A stretch of 64,000 bases of DNA from the human T2T-CHM13v2.0 reference genome, Homo sapiens (GCF_009914755.1 NC_060928.1), one strand, 5' to 3'. Shown: positions 1-16,830, counted from the stretch's first letter. Program-made: numbers and translations. The notes: generated by a model from the sequence alone, not told the origin.

Positions 1-2849
1 AGCAAAAGGCATAACACAGCCATTATTGGTAATGTAGAGAAGAAAAAAGCAAAGGAAAATGTAGCCTGATCAGACCAGCTAAGTAACTGCATGAGACAAA
101 CTTCAGCCACTTCAGTCATCCATGACAAATGAAGAACAGTAAAACAGGAAAAACCCTTAAAATAGAATTAATTTCAACTCAGTGATATGCACATAGGAAG
201 CATTCAACAAAAAGTCAATTACTGAAATAATAAATGAATGCCTAATTTTATATTGCTCATCATAACATGGGCAACATACATTCTTTCTTGTTCTAGAAAT
301 AAACATTTGAAGACCTGGGAAAATGCTTAACCAAGAAAAATCTATTACAAGGCTACACTTTGACTACATGTATTCATCATTAAATACAGGTATAAAATGA
401 AAATGTCCAAATATGCTAATTTAGACATAATACATATAATGACTGAGATTTAAGAACTAGTATCATTTATTTGGCAGTTTTCCAAACTCTCAACATTTGG
501 AAACATTTTCTATTACTGAGTCGTTTTGCCACCAGGGAACCCAACTAACTCCAGAATTATGCTTCCTTCAGGGAGATGGGAAGTTCTCATCAGCCACAAC
601 AACCTTGGCAGGTAGCTCTCTTGTGCTTACTCGGAACATATATTTGAGAATTAGAATAAAGACTAAAGGATATGCTCAGCATTTCCAAGTCCTTATGTAC
701 CCTGAATTGGCATCTACTATTGACTACGAGGACAATGGGTGAACAGTCAAATTACTTTTGGGGGGTTGAGAGGAGACAGAGACAGAATGGTATTCTGTGG
801 TCTCAGCCATAAGCTTCAGGAAATCCATGGTAACTTTCATATCTCTAAAGCAAAGAGCTAAGGAAGCCCATCTAATGCTTCTGAAAGGCAGGTATTGAGG
901 TGGCTGTGGGAACCTCTGAGAGCCCCTCATCTACCCTGTAGACCAAGAAACCACCTATCGCAGTGGAAGCTCATGTGCCCCATTGAGGAGTTTCCCACCA
1001 TGGCTTGGATTTGCATGAGAAACATCATCAGACTGAATCTGATTCTTAAAAATGGATGAAGGGACAGAGAGGTAACTTTCAAGATGCTTCCACATTATTT
1101 AGGAATCCAAGATCATCAGATTCCCTCACTCCAGAGGGAAATTAAAGTTCAGAGGACAATGCCTGAGCCTACTGCTGACTTACAGAACCCATTTCACTCA
1201 TAAATTTGAGCCCCCAAGGCCTAAAGGAGATGAGTGTGGTTCAAGCTTTCCCTTCATTTTCATTCTATACAGAACTGGCCATTTAACGACCGCTGGATCT
1301 TGGCAAGCAGCTACCTTATTTGGAGAAGTTCTAGCAGTTCTCAACCTCTAATTTCTGCTTCAGGCCTTACATTCTGGAAGGAGTAAGATGCCACTACAGT
1401 GGAGGATTCTTGAAGCTCTATACAGAAGTGGTGCACCATAGAGGGCCACAAACCTGAATACAGAACTCCCATTGCAGTGTGGCAGGGGCGGGGGGTTTAC
1501 AGCCATTTCAGGAGACCCTAAAACAGATCAGGCAGATTTTGATGTGGGTTACAGGATTACCCTCTAGCCAGGAAGCTAGACTCATTTCTTCATTTGTCCA
1601 GCAATAATATATTAAGCTAAGCACCTATTTTTGTGAAACTAGAAAGGGTAGAATCCCGTAGTTTGAGGACCACTTCACAGAGGAATTAGGATTGCTGGAG
1701 ATGACCAGCACTAAGTATGGGGCCAAGGGACTCTTCACTTAACCCCTGTCCCATACTTCACTCATGCCCTCAAATGGAAATGACCTATTTGACATTATCA
1801 TTCATCAAATATTTTTTAGATCTACTGTGTAGAAGACATCAAGGCCAACGCTGTTGGACTGTTTATTAATCCATAAAAATGAGATCTATTTTAAATCAAT
1901 AAACAACGATCTTAATTTTCTTTTGGCCTCAAGTACATAACACAGTGCCTAGCCCATAGTGGACATTTTAGAGATGTTCATTACATTGAAAAGAAAATAA
2001 TTCCTATGATGAGAAGTATGTTACCTTGGGCTTTGTTTGGTTGGATGCAATTCATGGCTTGATATTTTCTCACCTGCAATGTTTTTGAACCAGTGAATAG
2101 TAATACTAAATAGCAATATAATAACAATTGATTTATTTTACTTTTAAGCCAGGAAAATTTGCTCACTCAGGTAGAGAAATTCAGTCATCCAGTCCACTGA
2201 GTATTCACTTACTTTAATGCCAAAATTTCAGCTCCTGTTGAAGTATTCATCAACAGTGCTGATTTGAAGCTTTTCTAAAATTGACTTTTACAGTTTTTGC
2301 CTTGCATCTCATCTTTCCCTGCTTGTAAGATCCATGTTATAATTGCATATTCCCTAGGAATATCTGTGAAAAGGGATATTGCTATACACCTACAATTACT
2401 ATTACTCTCACTGTCCATGATTCAATATGCAGATGTGTTAAAATCAGTTGTTTACTGAAAGCAATAGAGTACATTTTTTAAACATGTGATTTAAACATTC
2501 AAATTTAAGACTACTGTAATAACATACATTCTCACTCATCGATTTTTTTGAGCTGATCTTTCTGAGAGAAAATAAGGAGGATTACAGCCAGATACCAGCA
2601 ATTACACATAGCACACAAGAAGTCTCACTGGTTTACCTATGGAAGTGTGTGACACATATGAATGTCATCAGTCACATGCATCACAGTGAAGGAAAACTTG
2701 CAAATTCCTGTTCTATACTCATTCTCTTTTACTGTGAATTATAATCTTCTTTGGAAAATTTATATTTAATTCTGCTACAGTATGATTGTTCATCATTAGA
2801 AGTAAGACAATCGTCTTCTTGATCACACTAATAATGTACCTGACCGCCT

Positions 2850-3055
2850 TCATTCCACAGTCCTTTTTGCTGCAGTTTTTTTCCTGTAGCACTTATCTCC
2901 ATCTGACATTCTCTATATTTTAATTATCAGTATATATCTTCCTTCTAGAATGTATACACTCCATGAAGATAGGGAGATTTGTCTTGTTTTCTACTGTTTT
3001 CCCAATAGTGCATGGCACATAATTGGCACTCAATAAATCTTTGTTGAATAAAGGA
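2850..3055 (+). mobile_element. LINE-2 3' end fragment
   Basis: TAGCACTTATC...CTAGAATGTA..CTCCATGAAGATAGGGA...GGCACATAATTGGCACTCAATAAAT..TTGTTGAAT resembles the L2 3' terminus; boundaries approximate. Confidence 0.7.
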
Positions 3056-3439
3056 ATAAGTAGTATGATAAGACTTGTTTTACTGAGCAACTCTTATGAA
3101 GAAACTAGTGATTTTTTCTATTTAGACTGCCAATTGTTTATTAAAACAAAATTTGGATGATAAGTGAAGTAGAAACCTCTAACAATCAAAACCACGAGTA
3201 AATCCAAAAGTGAAAATGGGTACCAGTGGGAGAGAAACAATCTAATATCATGGTTCTGTGCTCTGCTTGACAAATTACAGATAAATACAACTAAGTTGAA
3301 TCTGTTTTTAATTGGCAGCTAGAAGTGAAAGGATTTTTAAAAGTCCTACTTTATTACATTAAAAAATAAACCAAAATCCTAAACTTGAATAATTCTAATG
3401 CTTAACGTGGACTGGCTCATGAGACGTATTTGTTTATTT

Positions 3440-5990
3440 ACTTTTAATTAAACTTTTAATTTTGAGATAATTCTGATTCACATGCAGTTGTAAGAAATAA
3501 TACAGAGGCTGATTGCAGTGGTTCACACCTGCAATTCCTCTACTTTGGGAGGCTGAGGCAGGAGGATAGCTTTAGCTCAGGAATTTGAAACAAGCCTGGG
3601 CAACATAGAGAGACCCTGTCCTTGCAAAAAAGTAAAAGATTAGCTGGACATGGATCACTTGGGTCCTGGAGTTCAAGGCTGCAGTAAGCCATGATGACAC
3701 CACTGCACTCTAGCCTGGGCAAAAGAGTGAGACCCTGTCTCAAAAAAAAAAAAAAAAAAGAAAGAAAGAAATAGAAAAAAAGAAACAATACAGAGGGAAC
3801 CCCTCCAACAATAAGATATTGCAAAATTATTGTACAGTATTACTGCCAGAGAATCCACACTGACATAAGTGAACATATAGCATATTTCTGAAACCACAAG
3901 GATCTCTCATGTTGCCCTTTTGCAGCTAACCTATTTCCCTCTTTCCCCCAATACCTCCTTAATTCCTGGGAACCACTAGTATGTTCTCCATTTCTATAGT
4001 TTCGTCATCGCAAAAAATGTTATATAAATGAAACCGTACAGCATGTAACCTTTTGGGATTGGCTTTTTCACTCAGAATAATTCTCTGGAGATTCATATAA
4101 GTTGTGGAGTGTATCACTACTTTCTTCCTTTTTATTAAATAGTGTCCAATAGTATGGATCTGCTATAATTTGTTTAACCTTCACCTGTTAAAGGACATCT
4201 GGTTGTTTTTGTTTTTGGCCATTATGAATAAAGCTACTATAAATAAATATTCATGCACAGTTTTTTTCTGTGAGCTTAGACTTCCTTTCTTTGGGATGAG
4301 TGCTCAGGGTTACAATTGCTGGGTTGTATGGTAATTGCACATTTAGTTTCTAAAGACACTGTCAAACTGTTTTGCAGAGTGGTTATACATTCCCACCAGG
4401 AATGTACAAATAATTCACTTTCTGCATTCTTGCCAGCTTTTGGTGTTGTCACTTTTTTTCTTCTGATAAGTGTGTATTACTATTGCATTGTGGTTTAAAT
4501 GCATCTTTTTGTGATGGTTAATGATACTGAACATCTTTTCATTTGCTTTCTTATGCCCTTCTGGTGAAATGTCTGTTCATATATTTCGGCCATTTTGCAA
4601 TTGGACTGTCAGTTTTTTTACTATTGAATTTTGTAAGTTCTTTATATATTCCAGATGCTAGTTCCTTGTTGAGTATGTGGTTTGCAAATATTTTCTTTCA
4701 GTTCACTGATTATTTCCTCTGTCCTCTACATTCTACTGTTGAGCCCATCTACTGAGTTTTTTATTTTGGTTATTGTATTTCTCCCACAATTTTCTAAATT
4801 AACCAATTGGTTCTTCTTGGTGTCTTCTATTTAATTTCTGAGGTTTTCTATTTTTACATTTGTTTCAAGTGTGTTATAATTGCTCATTGAAGCTTTTATT
4901 TTTAAAAAATCACGGCTGCTTTGAAATCTCTGTTAGGTTATTCTAACATCTCTGTTATCTCAGCATTGACATCTATTGATTGCCTTTTTTTTCATTTGAG
5001 TTTGAGATTCATTTATTCAATTGAGGCTCATTTATTATGGAATACCTGAAATAAAAATATCAGTCTGAAATATTCCTCCTTTATATGAGTAGGAATTTTT
5101 GAAGAAAACCTGAATATTTTTGCATTACGAGATTCTGGATCTTATTTTAATTTTATCTTCTAACTGGCTTTATCTGATACCACCCTGGCAGGAGAAGTGT
5201 GGGCACCACCTCCTTACAGCCAGGCAGGGGTAGAAGTCAACATTTCCTACTTTGTTTCCATTGTCCTCTGATGGGGGCAGGCTCCTCATGAATGCTGGTG
5301 GAGTAGAAGTCCCATCTCCCCACATGGTCTCCACTGGCATCACAGGTGGGTGGCCTCATTACTGCTGAGTGGTCATAAAAGGCCTGACTTTCCACTAGAC
5401 TTTCTCAGATATGACCTCAGTGGGGATGGGAAGGGATGTCTTGTTACTGCAAGGAGAGGATGGAAATCCAGGCCCCACATGTGGTCCCCATTGATACTAA
5501 ACGGGGATAGAGCACTCCTTACAGAAAAGTGGGGATGAAAGACCTGGTTTCTATTGGAACTTCTATAGGTCCTTGGAAAATCTGACTGTATCCTTATAAC
5601 CTTACAAAAATGGAAGTCCAGGGTCCCCACTTAAGCTTTTACTGATATGGGTGGGGATGGGGGTCACAGTTTGACTGAAGTACAGCAATCAGTGTCAAAA
5701 ATTTTTGCCTTACGAGGGTACCTATTTCCTGGTCCTTTGGCTAGAGAAAGTAAGCTTTTTTGGTCTTGGCCATTGTCATCCTAGGTTGCTTGCTTCTTCA
5801 GCTTTAAGTCTAGAATATATAAGGAGAAAAAAAAAACAAAAACTAAAATCCAGTAAACTCACTGCTATGTTGTTCCATGGGTCCAAAGGTCCCTAGCAGG
5901 TCTGCCCTCTCTCCACCTTTCAGAGTCTTCTTATGTTTGTTTTATATATAATGTTCAGGGGAAAATAAGGAAACAGCAATAGAAAAAAGC
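3440..5990 (-). mobile_element. Old L1M (L1MC-like) fragments, interrupted by an AluJ
   Basis: Antisense L1M 3'UTR/ORF2-end motifs (CATGCAGTTGTAAGAAATAATACAGAG, GGGATTGGCTTTTTCACTCAG, CATTCCCACCAG, GAACATCTTTTCAT); 4700-5990 looks like L1M 5'-region sequence but is less certain. Confidence 0.65.
3507..3779 (+). mobile_element. AluJ with internal deletion
   Basis: Alu body and A tail; TSD AAGAAA(T/C)AATACAGA at 3492-3506 and 3780-3794. Confidence 0.9.
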
Positions 5991-6103
5991 ACCTCTGCTT
6001 TGTCTTCCTAGATATAGAAGCTCCTGTAATATATTTTATTCCTTACAAATGTTAAATAACTAGATAGTTATTACTGAACCTTCTGAAAGAACAATATCTA
6101 GAT

Positions 6104-8115
<2,012 letters not shown>

Positions 8116-8187
8116 ACTTAGTAATGAACAAACATAGCTCATGATACCACTAAATATTGACCTGCCACAGAAAAATATGGGAAGAAC

Positions 8188-8370
8188 CCAAGCATGGTGG
8201 TGTGCACCTCTAGTTCTAGCTACTTGGGATGCTGATGTGGGAGGATCACTTGAGTCCAGGTGTTTAAGGTTGTAGTGAGCTTTGATCAGTCAAGCCACAG
8301 CACTCCAGCCTGGGTGACAGAGCCAGAACTTGTCTCTAAAAAAAGTAACAAAACAAAACAAAACAAAACA
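8188..8370 (+). mobile_element. Alu right monomer (FRAM/AluJ) with (AAAAC)n tail
   Basis: GCATGGTGG...AGCTACTTGGGA...GCACTCCAGCCTGGGTGACAGAG followed by an A-rich tail. Confidence 0.85.
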
Positions 8371-11105
8371 GTTAAATAATACTAGAAGACAGATGGGTGA
8401 ATAAATGACACTGTGAAGGACAGAAATAGGAGGGATGTGAATTTATTCACAATGCAAATTTCCAAAATGAACACCTAACCCACTATCACACCATAAATTA
8501 TATTTTTAGTGATTATAGCCTGCTTAGGTCTGTCTCTAAGACCATCCCTTTTCCCATAGGTTGATGCAATTTGGAACAATAAAAACTGATGTAGCAGCTG
8601 AGAGTAGCCTGTATTTACTCTGACATTGCATGTCATGTTCTGGTGTCATCTGACTTCAGCAAATGTTGGACATATTCAGTCAACATCATTTTATTTGATA
8701 GAGGGGATTCATACACTTTATAGACTTCAGTATTTTTAAAAAAGAAACTGAAGCGATATAGAGGCAACTTTAGCAAGACAGTACAATTTCAGAGCAGCAA
8801 AACCAAAATACAAGGAAAATATATGCAAATAAAATGGGAGATGGTAAAAAATCACAAAGATGTCAGAACTGGAGGTTCTTATTTAACTTATTCAATAACT
8901 ATTTATAAAATGCATGGTATTATAGTTGAATCATCAATTGCTCAAATGAGAAATTGAGCTACAGAGAAATTGGCTTTGTTGTTTAGTGGAAAAGTAAGGA
9001 AAAGCATTTAGGCCACTTCCTTCTGCATCAAGCACTCTTCCCACTTGTACTATATGGCCATGAAAAGGTCTTTCCTAGTCTTAACAGCCACACTGGATCC
9101 TTTATTATTTGAAAAAAAATCTGCATTTTCTGCCTCAATGGTTTACTTATGTTTTCCTCTCATTAACTCATTCCACATATCTTTGTCAAGCATCTACAAT
9201 GAGCAGGAATTAGTAGGCACCAATGTACATCAGTGAACAAAACGAAAGTGTCTGTCAGAATATTCTAGTGGGGGTAGGCAGACAATAAATATGATACATT
9301 GTAAAATATGTTAGAAGATGAGTGCTGTGGAATAAAGATGAAGCAGAACAGGTTATATGGGGATCAGATGTGAGGTATGGGCCAGATGGAGTCACTCATA
9401 TAGAATTGACCCATCATCACCATTTGTTGACATCTTAGCTCTTCTTCATTCTTCATCTCAAATGCCACCTCCTCCATAAAATCCTGCTCAATACCTTATT
9501 AAAATTAATCCTTCCCTCTATGCTCCTATCATACTTCCCACCTCTACTGCAGCACTCAGAACCTGCTTTGTGTTAGATGTGAATGCATCTAACTCTTCAT
9601 CAGAGTATAATTCCTTAATAAACAGAATGTGCCTTATTAGTCATTTAATCAATGTGCAGAGTCACATATATGGGCTAGCTTAATAAGTGTGTGCTGAATA
9701 ATGAATCCTAAATTAAACGTGAATTGACAAAGTGCTCAATTGTTTATAAAAGAGAATCCTGATATTAGGATTCAAAAATATAAAGTCAGTATGTAGATAC
9801 TGAATGCCAGTCTTCCATTCATGCTTACATTGGTCCCTTCTGCCAACATTTATACGGCCAGAGACATAATAAATGCTAGCTGGAGAAAGTTTTTATTTTC
9901 TGCTCTTCCTGGATTTCTAATAACAAATGCCAGATACTAACATGCCAAACAGATCAAGCAAAATAATGGCATAATTAAGAACTTAAATTTGTCTTCAGAG
10001 CTAAAACGCATTATTCATACAGCCTACTAAATTAACCATTATACATTAGAATTTAGGCACCCTAACACCATTGCCTTTTTATACTATCATGCTTTTATTC
10101 AAGAAAATATGACTTATGTGAAATTGTCAACCTTTATTTTTCTCTTTGCCAATGAATAAAAAACACTGAAATAAGTTATATTCTTCTCTGTTCTTTCACA
10201 AAATATATTGCTTTACATGCACTACAACCAGTAAAACTTGTTGGCTAAGAAATTGTATTTTTTACAAGATGATAACATACTATCTTGAAAGCGCCGTCAC
10301 AAACAATATCCATATACTCATACTACCAGATAAAGCATAACTATAAAACTGAGTTTGATTACACACTCTGTAGGTATGCTGATAGATAGGTATGAACAAA
10401 AGCCTTCCCCTAAACAATCATATAACTAAAAGTACAATGTAGTTTTTGCATTTTAGTTCTTTTTAAAAAATCAGTTTTAGAATTTAAAGATTTAATTAGT
10501 ACCTAATTAGAATGTGTTTATAAATTCTTAGTAATTCAGTAGATTGAATTGGTTGAATTAGTGATTAATGTTGCTTTTTTGAAGAGAGATGTGACAACAT
10601 GAAATATTAATGAATGTTTCACTAGAATTGCAGATGATGGATTCTTCTGATGAAAAAGAATTTAAAGCAAACCTCTTTTAAATAAGGAAATGTGTTCGCA
10701 TTCTTAATATATTTTATTAAACTGAAACATTGATGTTTCTCTTAAAGCTACTTATTTTTTAACCAAAATGTACATACAGTATATATTTTAATTAAATTTT
10801 ATTCCCGATACGCAGGGCATTACTATAGAGTACAATCAGGAGGAGTTTAATTGCTAAGGTTAGCATTCTCATTATTAGACAAATGTTATTATAATTATAG
10901 GGAAGCAAAATAGTTAAGTCATAAGTGAGAAACGTAACAATGGTGAATGAAAGAAAGAATGCATGGCCAGAGGCAGAACAAATGCAAAAAAAGTACAGGA
11001 TGACAACTAACACAAGAGATCATGCCTGTACCCACTAGATTCAATGTTTGGCAAAGAATATGGCTATGTCTTGTTTCTATTTTCCTACTGTGACTAGTAT
11101 AATGC

Positions 11106-11132
11106 TGTGTGTGTGTGTGTGTGTGTGTGTGT
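11106..11132. repeat. (TG)13 microsatellite
   Basis: Read directly. Confidence 0.95.
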
Positions 11133-11618
11133 ATAGACCTGCATTAAGTACATATTTAACTAATTTAATTATGTACATAGGGCCAGCCAAGTAGCTGGCC
11201 CTACTAACTCTATGTCTTTGAGGCTGTAGGTCAATGTTATCAAAACAAGTGATAAATTCAATGAAAATTAAATTGTTATGTAAAATTATTTGAAAAAATT
11301 TTAGTTGTTTGACTTAATTTTTAAATGTTTTGATCACCTGTTTGTTGTCATATTATTATCAGAAAGTTCAAAGTTTAAGTGGGCCAAATCTATGATTAAT
11401 CCTCTTTGGTACAAAATATTGACATTAATTTTTCTCATAATAATTATTTTGATTTAAATGTGTTGTTAGGCACATTTTCAATGATGAACTGTGTTCATAT
11501 ATGTACATAAAATTTGAATTTGGTGTCTGTGAATACAGAATGGGCATTTTAATGCATTGCTGCCTAAATACACTCATATACACAGACATACATATATCTA
11601 TATTAAGTTTATAAGTTT

Positions 11619-11916
11619 GGTCAGGCACAGTGGCTCATGCTTGTAATCCCAGCACTTTGCAAGGCTGAGGCATTAAGATTGCTTGAGGACAGGAGTTTCA
11701 GAACAGCCTGGACAATATAGCAAGACCTTCATCTCTATAAAAAAGTTAAAAAATTAGCTGGGCATGGTGGCACACACCTGTAATCCCAGCTACTAAGGAG
11801 GCTGAGGAAGGAGGATTGCTTGAGGCCAGGAGTTCAAGGCTGCAGTGAGCTATGATTGCACCACTGCACTTCTGCCTGGGTGACACAGTGAGATCCTGTC
11901 TCTAAAAAAGAAAAAA
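11619..11916 (+). mobile_element. AluJ
   Basis: Full dimer; TSD AAGTTTATAAGTTT at 11605-11618 and 11917-11930. Confidence 0.92.
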
Positions 11917-12298
11917 AAGTTTATAAGTTTAGAAATTACGAACGTGCTTGTCTATAATATGGATACGGTATGGGGATTCAACAGAGAATATTTTATTTGT
12001 GTAAAAGTGACAAGAATTTTTTAAAATATTTACATTATATGAGTTTATTTTAGCTACACAATTTCACGTTTGAATTAAAGTTAACTCAGGAATGCAAATT
12101 CCCCTTACATTTTGTAGATGCTCTGACTTGCTGCTGCTAGTTTATCAGTAAACATTAGTTGGGTGTTGTCACAGCAAATGGAAAAAATGTTATCTGTCAG
12201 TATAAGTAGGCCCACTAGTGTCAGCAGATAACAGAGAGAAGAGAAATAAGGTGTCATGTTGAAGTATGAAAAACTAAAAGACTTTTAAAAAGTATATA

Positions 12299-12651
12299 AT
12301 AGTACCCTCCTTATCCTCAGGGGCTATGTTCCAGGACTCCCAGAGGATACCTGAAACCAAGGATAGTATCAAGTCCTATTATATATTATGTTTTTTCAAT
12401 CTGATAACCAAAAAGCCTGCTAAGTGACTAATGGGTGGGTAGCATATAGAGCATAGATATGTTGGACAAAGGGATGATTCACAGTGGTGTGGGATCACAT
12501 GAGATTTCATCAGGCTACTCAGAATGGTGTGCAACTTAAAACATATGAATTGTTTATTTATGAAATTGTCCATTTAATATTTTTGGCCTGAGATTGACCA
12601 CGGGTCAATTAAACCTCAGAAAGTAAGACCACCTATAAGGGGGAACTACTG
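12299..12651 (-). mobile_element. MER44A-like (Tigger7-derived) DNA transposon
   Basis: Ends AGTACCCTCCTTATCC... and ...ATAAGGGGGAACTACTG-TA resemble MER44 TIRs; about 350 bp. Confidence 0.7.
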
Positions 12652-14519
12652 TACTTATCCTTTTAAGAGTGACTCCTTTAAATATTATTTTTAGGGTAAT
12701 ACACAAATAGCATAATTGAAAACATTCAATAAAAAGCAATTTGCAAGTAATATAATTTAAGAAGTGGGTACATATAGTTTCCATTGTAACTGGTAATATA
12801 CACTAAGGTGGTATATGATCTTCATCAAGATGAAAACAAATAATAAAAATTGTTTTAAGGTAATATCTGCTCATACTTCATGGAGATTTTTTCAAGAAAA
12901 GATCTATAATAGGAACTTCTTTTTTACCTTTAAACACCAGTGCAGAGAAATTTATCTCTGCTTATCTAGACTCTGTTCAGTTGTAACTCCCCCTTCAAAG
13001 TATTTGTCTTTAATTCATTTTATTCCTGTTAATCCAAAATGCAATTTAAAAACCCCACATGTCTCAAAATGTCAATTCAAAGTGGCATTTACTATCCAGG
13101 CACTTAAGTATTTAGCACCTGCAATATCCCTAGTATTGGGCTACATATGCAATGGGATTACTTAAAAATAAAAACCATGCATTTTGTTTCATAGTCAAAC
13201 AAAAAGCATGCATTTTGTTTCATAGTTAAGACTTATGCATAGTGACCAATTAAAGAACACAGTATGCCAGGCTTTGTATGCAGACAAAAGTGCTATGGTA
13301 ATTCTGAGAATTGTTGTATTACTATGAAGTGAGGAAGTTGGGAAAAAACTTGGAGAAGGTAAAGCAAATTAGGAATGCTATAAATGCCTAAAGTGGATGG
13401 TGAGGAGGAAAAGACAGTGTTCAAGGTTAGGGAAACAGCAAGAACGAAAAGAGTGAAAAGGGTGAGATATTTTAGGCAGGGGAAAATTAATCATCATCCT
13501 AAAGCAGATTTGTGTGTTTGGAGTGGTGGGGACCAGGCTTTTTTTATATCCCCAAGCTTTGCTTTCAAATTTACAACTGTCAAGTTTCAGAGTTTCTCAC
13601 CTATCTTTATCTTGTTGATGACTTTACTTATAGCATTCTCTTGGTCATGCTGTCCTGATTTTACCTTATTGCATAAGCTTTTCACTCTAGAATCAGAATA
13701 TCCTTTCTTATATAGTTCTATAAACTGAACAGTTGCCCATTTCCTGATTTTTGTTTTTTTTCTTTTTTCCTAGCTGCCAGCATTTTTTCTCTTAAGACTA
13801 GCATCAAAGATCCGGGAAATGATCCAGGCTTAAGTTGGCCAATGCACTTCAGTCCGCAAAATGTTTATTAAGCCCTTACTGGGAACAGACATATACACAG
13901 ATGGAAAAGCCATGGTTCTTGCCCTTTGGAGGCTTTTAGCCAGGGCAAAGCCTCTTTCCTGCCTCAAGTCTGCCTACATTGTTTTCAACTACAATCGCAA
14001 TTTTAAGTTCACCAAAACAGGAAAAAATAAAATGAAATGATAAATGTTAAGAAGGCTAAAAACTCACCAAAAATAAGAATGAATAGCTTATATCTGTGAG
14101 GCACCTGTGATGAAAGGGTAGCGTGGTAGAGTAGTTTGGGTCTTTACTCTGTCGCTTCAAGTATAACTTTGAACAAGTTGATACAGGGAAAGCAGAGGGG
14201 AACTGACATTTCTTGATTATCTATGATGTGTCCAGAACTGTGACTGGTATTAATTATATATTATTATTTAATATTCATAGATCACACCACCTCCAAACCC
14301 CCTTAGAAAACCACACCACCACCACCGAAAACAAAAACTAGATTCTTCCTCTTTTAAAGACGACCGAAACTTAGGTGCAGATAGGCTAACCTTGGAGTTT
14401 CAGACAGACCTGAGATTTCACCCTGGTCTCAACTCCTTAGCTCTACCACTTATTAGATTTTTGGCTAAGTCATTCATTCATTTATTCAATGCCTAGTATA
14501 TGTCAAGCATGCTGCTTGA

Positions 14520-14844
<325 letters not shown>

Positions 14845-16040
14845 GACACTGGGTTTTAAGGCAACATTGTGGCATGCTCCCTTTCCTCAAAGCTCTTACA
14901 GTTCAGTAGAGGCAGACAGGCATGTAAGGAAGCCCCTGTAGTTAAGTGACAGATGTAGTTCTGAGGGTCTGTAAACTGTATAGGGGGTACAAATTAGAAC
15001 CTAGTCCATTCTAACCCTGGATTAGCAGGTGGCAGAGCTCAGAAAAGCTCTCAGAGGGGAGGTTGCCCTGAGATCCACATAGTCACCCATTGAATCAGGT
15101 GATCATGAGAAAGAACAAGACATTCTAACCCAAGCAAGCATTAGGGCCTGAAACAACTTGGTAAGAAATGAAAGTGTTTCAGGTCTGGCTGGAGTAGAGA
15201 GCTGCAAGGTAGGGGTAATAAAATCTACTTCACTTGTTAGAGGATTAAAGAGGTAACATATAGAAAGTGCTAACTGTAATGTCTGAGACATACAAGGTGC
15301 TCAATAAGTGTTTCTATTCTGCTTCCTTTCAGTTTCTCCAATTGATTATATCATTTTCCACCTCTGAAATTCCATAATTTTTTTCACATTGTATGGGTTC
15401 TTATTGTGAATTGGTTCACACACTACTTGGCACACTGTTCATGTTCAGTTAATAGTCTCTACCACATTTGATAGAAGGCTGGGTAAAACAAGATGTAAAT
15501 TTTAATAAATGATTGAAGCAAAAGCTGAATTGAACTTCAACACTTTCTTCTTCTCTGTCCCTCCACAGTAACTACAGTAACTTGAATCGATTATTTTGCA
15601 TGTGTATATGTGTGTCATGGATGTATAGAGCTTCAGTATCAGTTCAATACATTGGGGTAGAATTTAATATGTTTCCAGGGGGATTGTTCATTTGCTTCCA
15701 AACCGACAAAAGCTGCTTTTCTGTCTCCAGAAGTTTGTAAGATCACAACATCAACCATACTGCCAGGAGGAGACTTGAAGGCAATGCACCATAATAATAT
15801 GACCTTAGAGCCCATCATTTGTACATAACTTAGAGTCAGCCTTATCTCCACTCCTAATTTGTCTCCGTCTCTCTTACATGGTCCTGTACATACTTTTATC
15901 CACTCCAAAAGTGTATAAACTTTGAAGCCATGATTTGGTTTATTCAACTTGTTCAGGTCCTCCTAGCTGCCCCAATCTACAGTGCTTTACCCTTTTTAGA
16001 TATTTAGCAAATATTTGTTAAATTTTACAGATACTCAGTT

Positions 16041-16422
16041 GTTTTCTTTTCTCTGCTCACACGCAGTGTCGTGGCAGCAGGCACAGTCTTGAGATGCAGA
16101 AGGACAGCGGCGAGCTTGTGGACCTGTACATGCGGCAGAAAGTCTCTGCTAGTAACCGCGTCACCGGTGCCAAGAACCATGCATCCATCCAGATGAACGT
16201 GGTGGAGGCTGACAAGGTCACAGGCAGGTTTAATGGCTAGTTTAAAACGTATGCTGTCTGCAAGGTCATTTGCAGGATGGGTGAGTCAGATGACTACATT
16301 CTCTGATTGGCCAAGGCCAGTGGCATCATCTGAAAACATGTTTGACAGGAGAGAATCATGGATATGGAATGTTTGTCATAAATAAACAGTGTAAACCTAA
16401 AAAAAAATTAAAAAAAATTTTT
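16041..16422 (+). pseudogene. Processed pseudogene of ribosomal protein RPS21 (eS21); possibly RPS21P3, but that number is from memory only
   Basis: ATG 16094 translates [77 protein letters not shown], colinear with RPS21 ([36 protein letters not shown]...). Intronless; pyrimidine-rich TOP-like 5' end; premature stops at 16238, 16304 and 16331; native stop 16343; AATAAA 16381; A tail; TSD A(G/A)ATAC(T/C)CAGTT at 16029-16040 and 16423-16434. Confidence 0.95.
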
Positions 16423-16589
16423 AAATACCCAGTTAATCAGAAATTAAACATAATCCCACTTATTATAGCAGGGTTCCCTGAGCTGTGGTGGCACACATCT
16501 AAGATAAGTAGATGGAGGGTACAGCAGGAAGTACCTTATCATTTCAGACTGTAGCTATCATGTCATTTATTGTGTATTTTCAAAGAATC

Positions 16590-16830
16590 CGTATGGTGTG
16601 GTTAAAAGCATGAGCCATAAAGTCATAACAGGTGTTTTTGAACCCTGTTTAAAGTCATAAGACCTTGGGCTTGTGACCTAATCTTTCCGTGCATCAGTAT
16701 TCTCTTCTGCAAAGTAAGAGAAATCATAGAAGCTATTGTATAGTCTTGTCATAAAGATTTACTGAGTTAATACATGTAAAGCACTTTAGAGTAGCACGGG
16801 CACATTGCAAGTGCCCAATAAGAATTAGTT
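16590..16830 (+). mobile_element. MIR SINE
   Basis: GTGTGGTTAAAAGCATG...GACCTTGGGC...CTGCAAAGT...AATACATGTAAAGCACTTTAGAGTAGCAC MIR core. Confidence 0.7.

Noticed and set aside
500-1750. Moderately GC-balanced stretch that might be a decayed gene or ERV interior
   Set aside because: No protein or repeat similarity recognised by eye; it needs Dfam/tblastx before any claim.
15705-15745. Acceptor-like CTGCTTTTCTGTCTCCAG
   Set aside because: Isolated splice-like motif with no supported exon.
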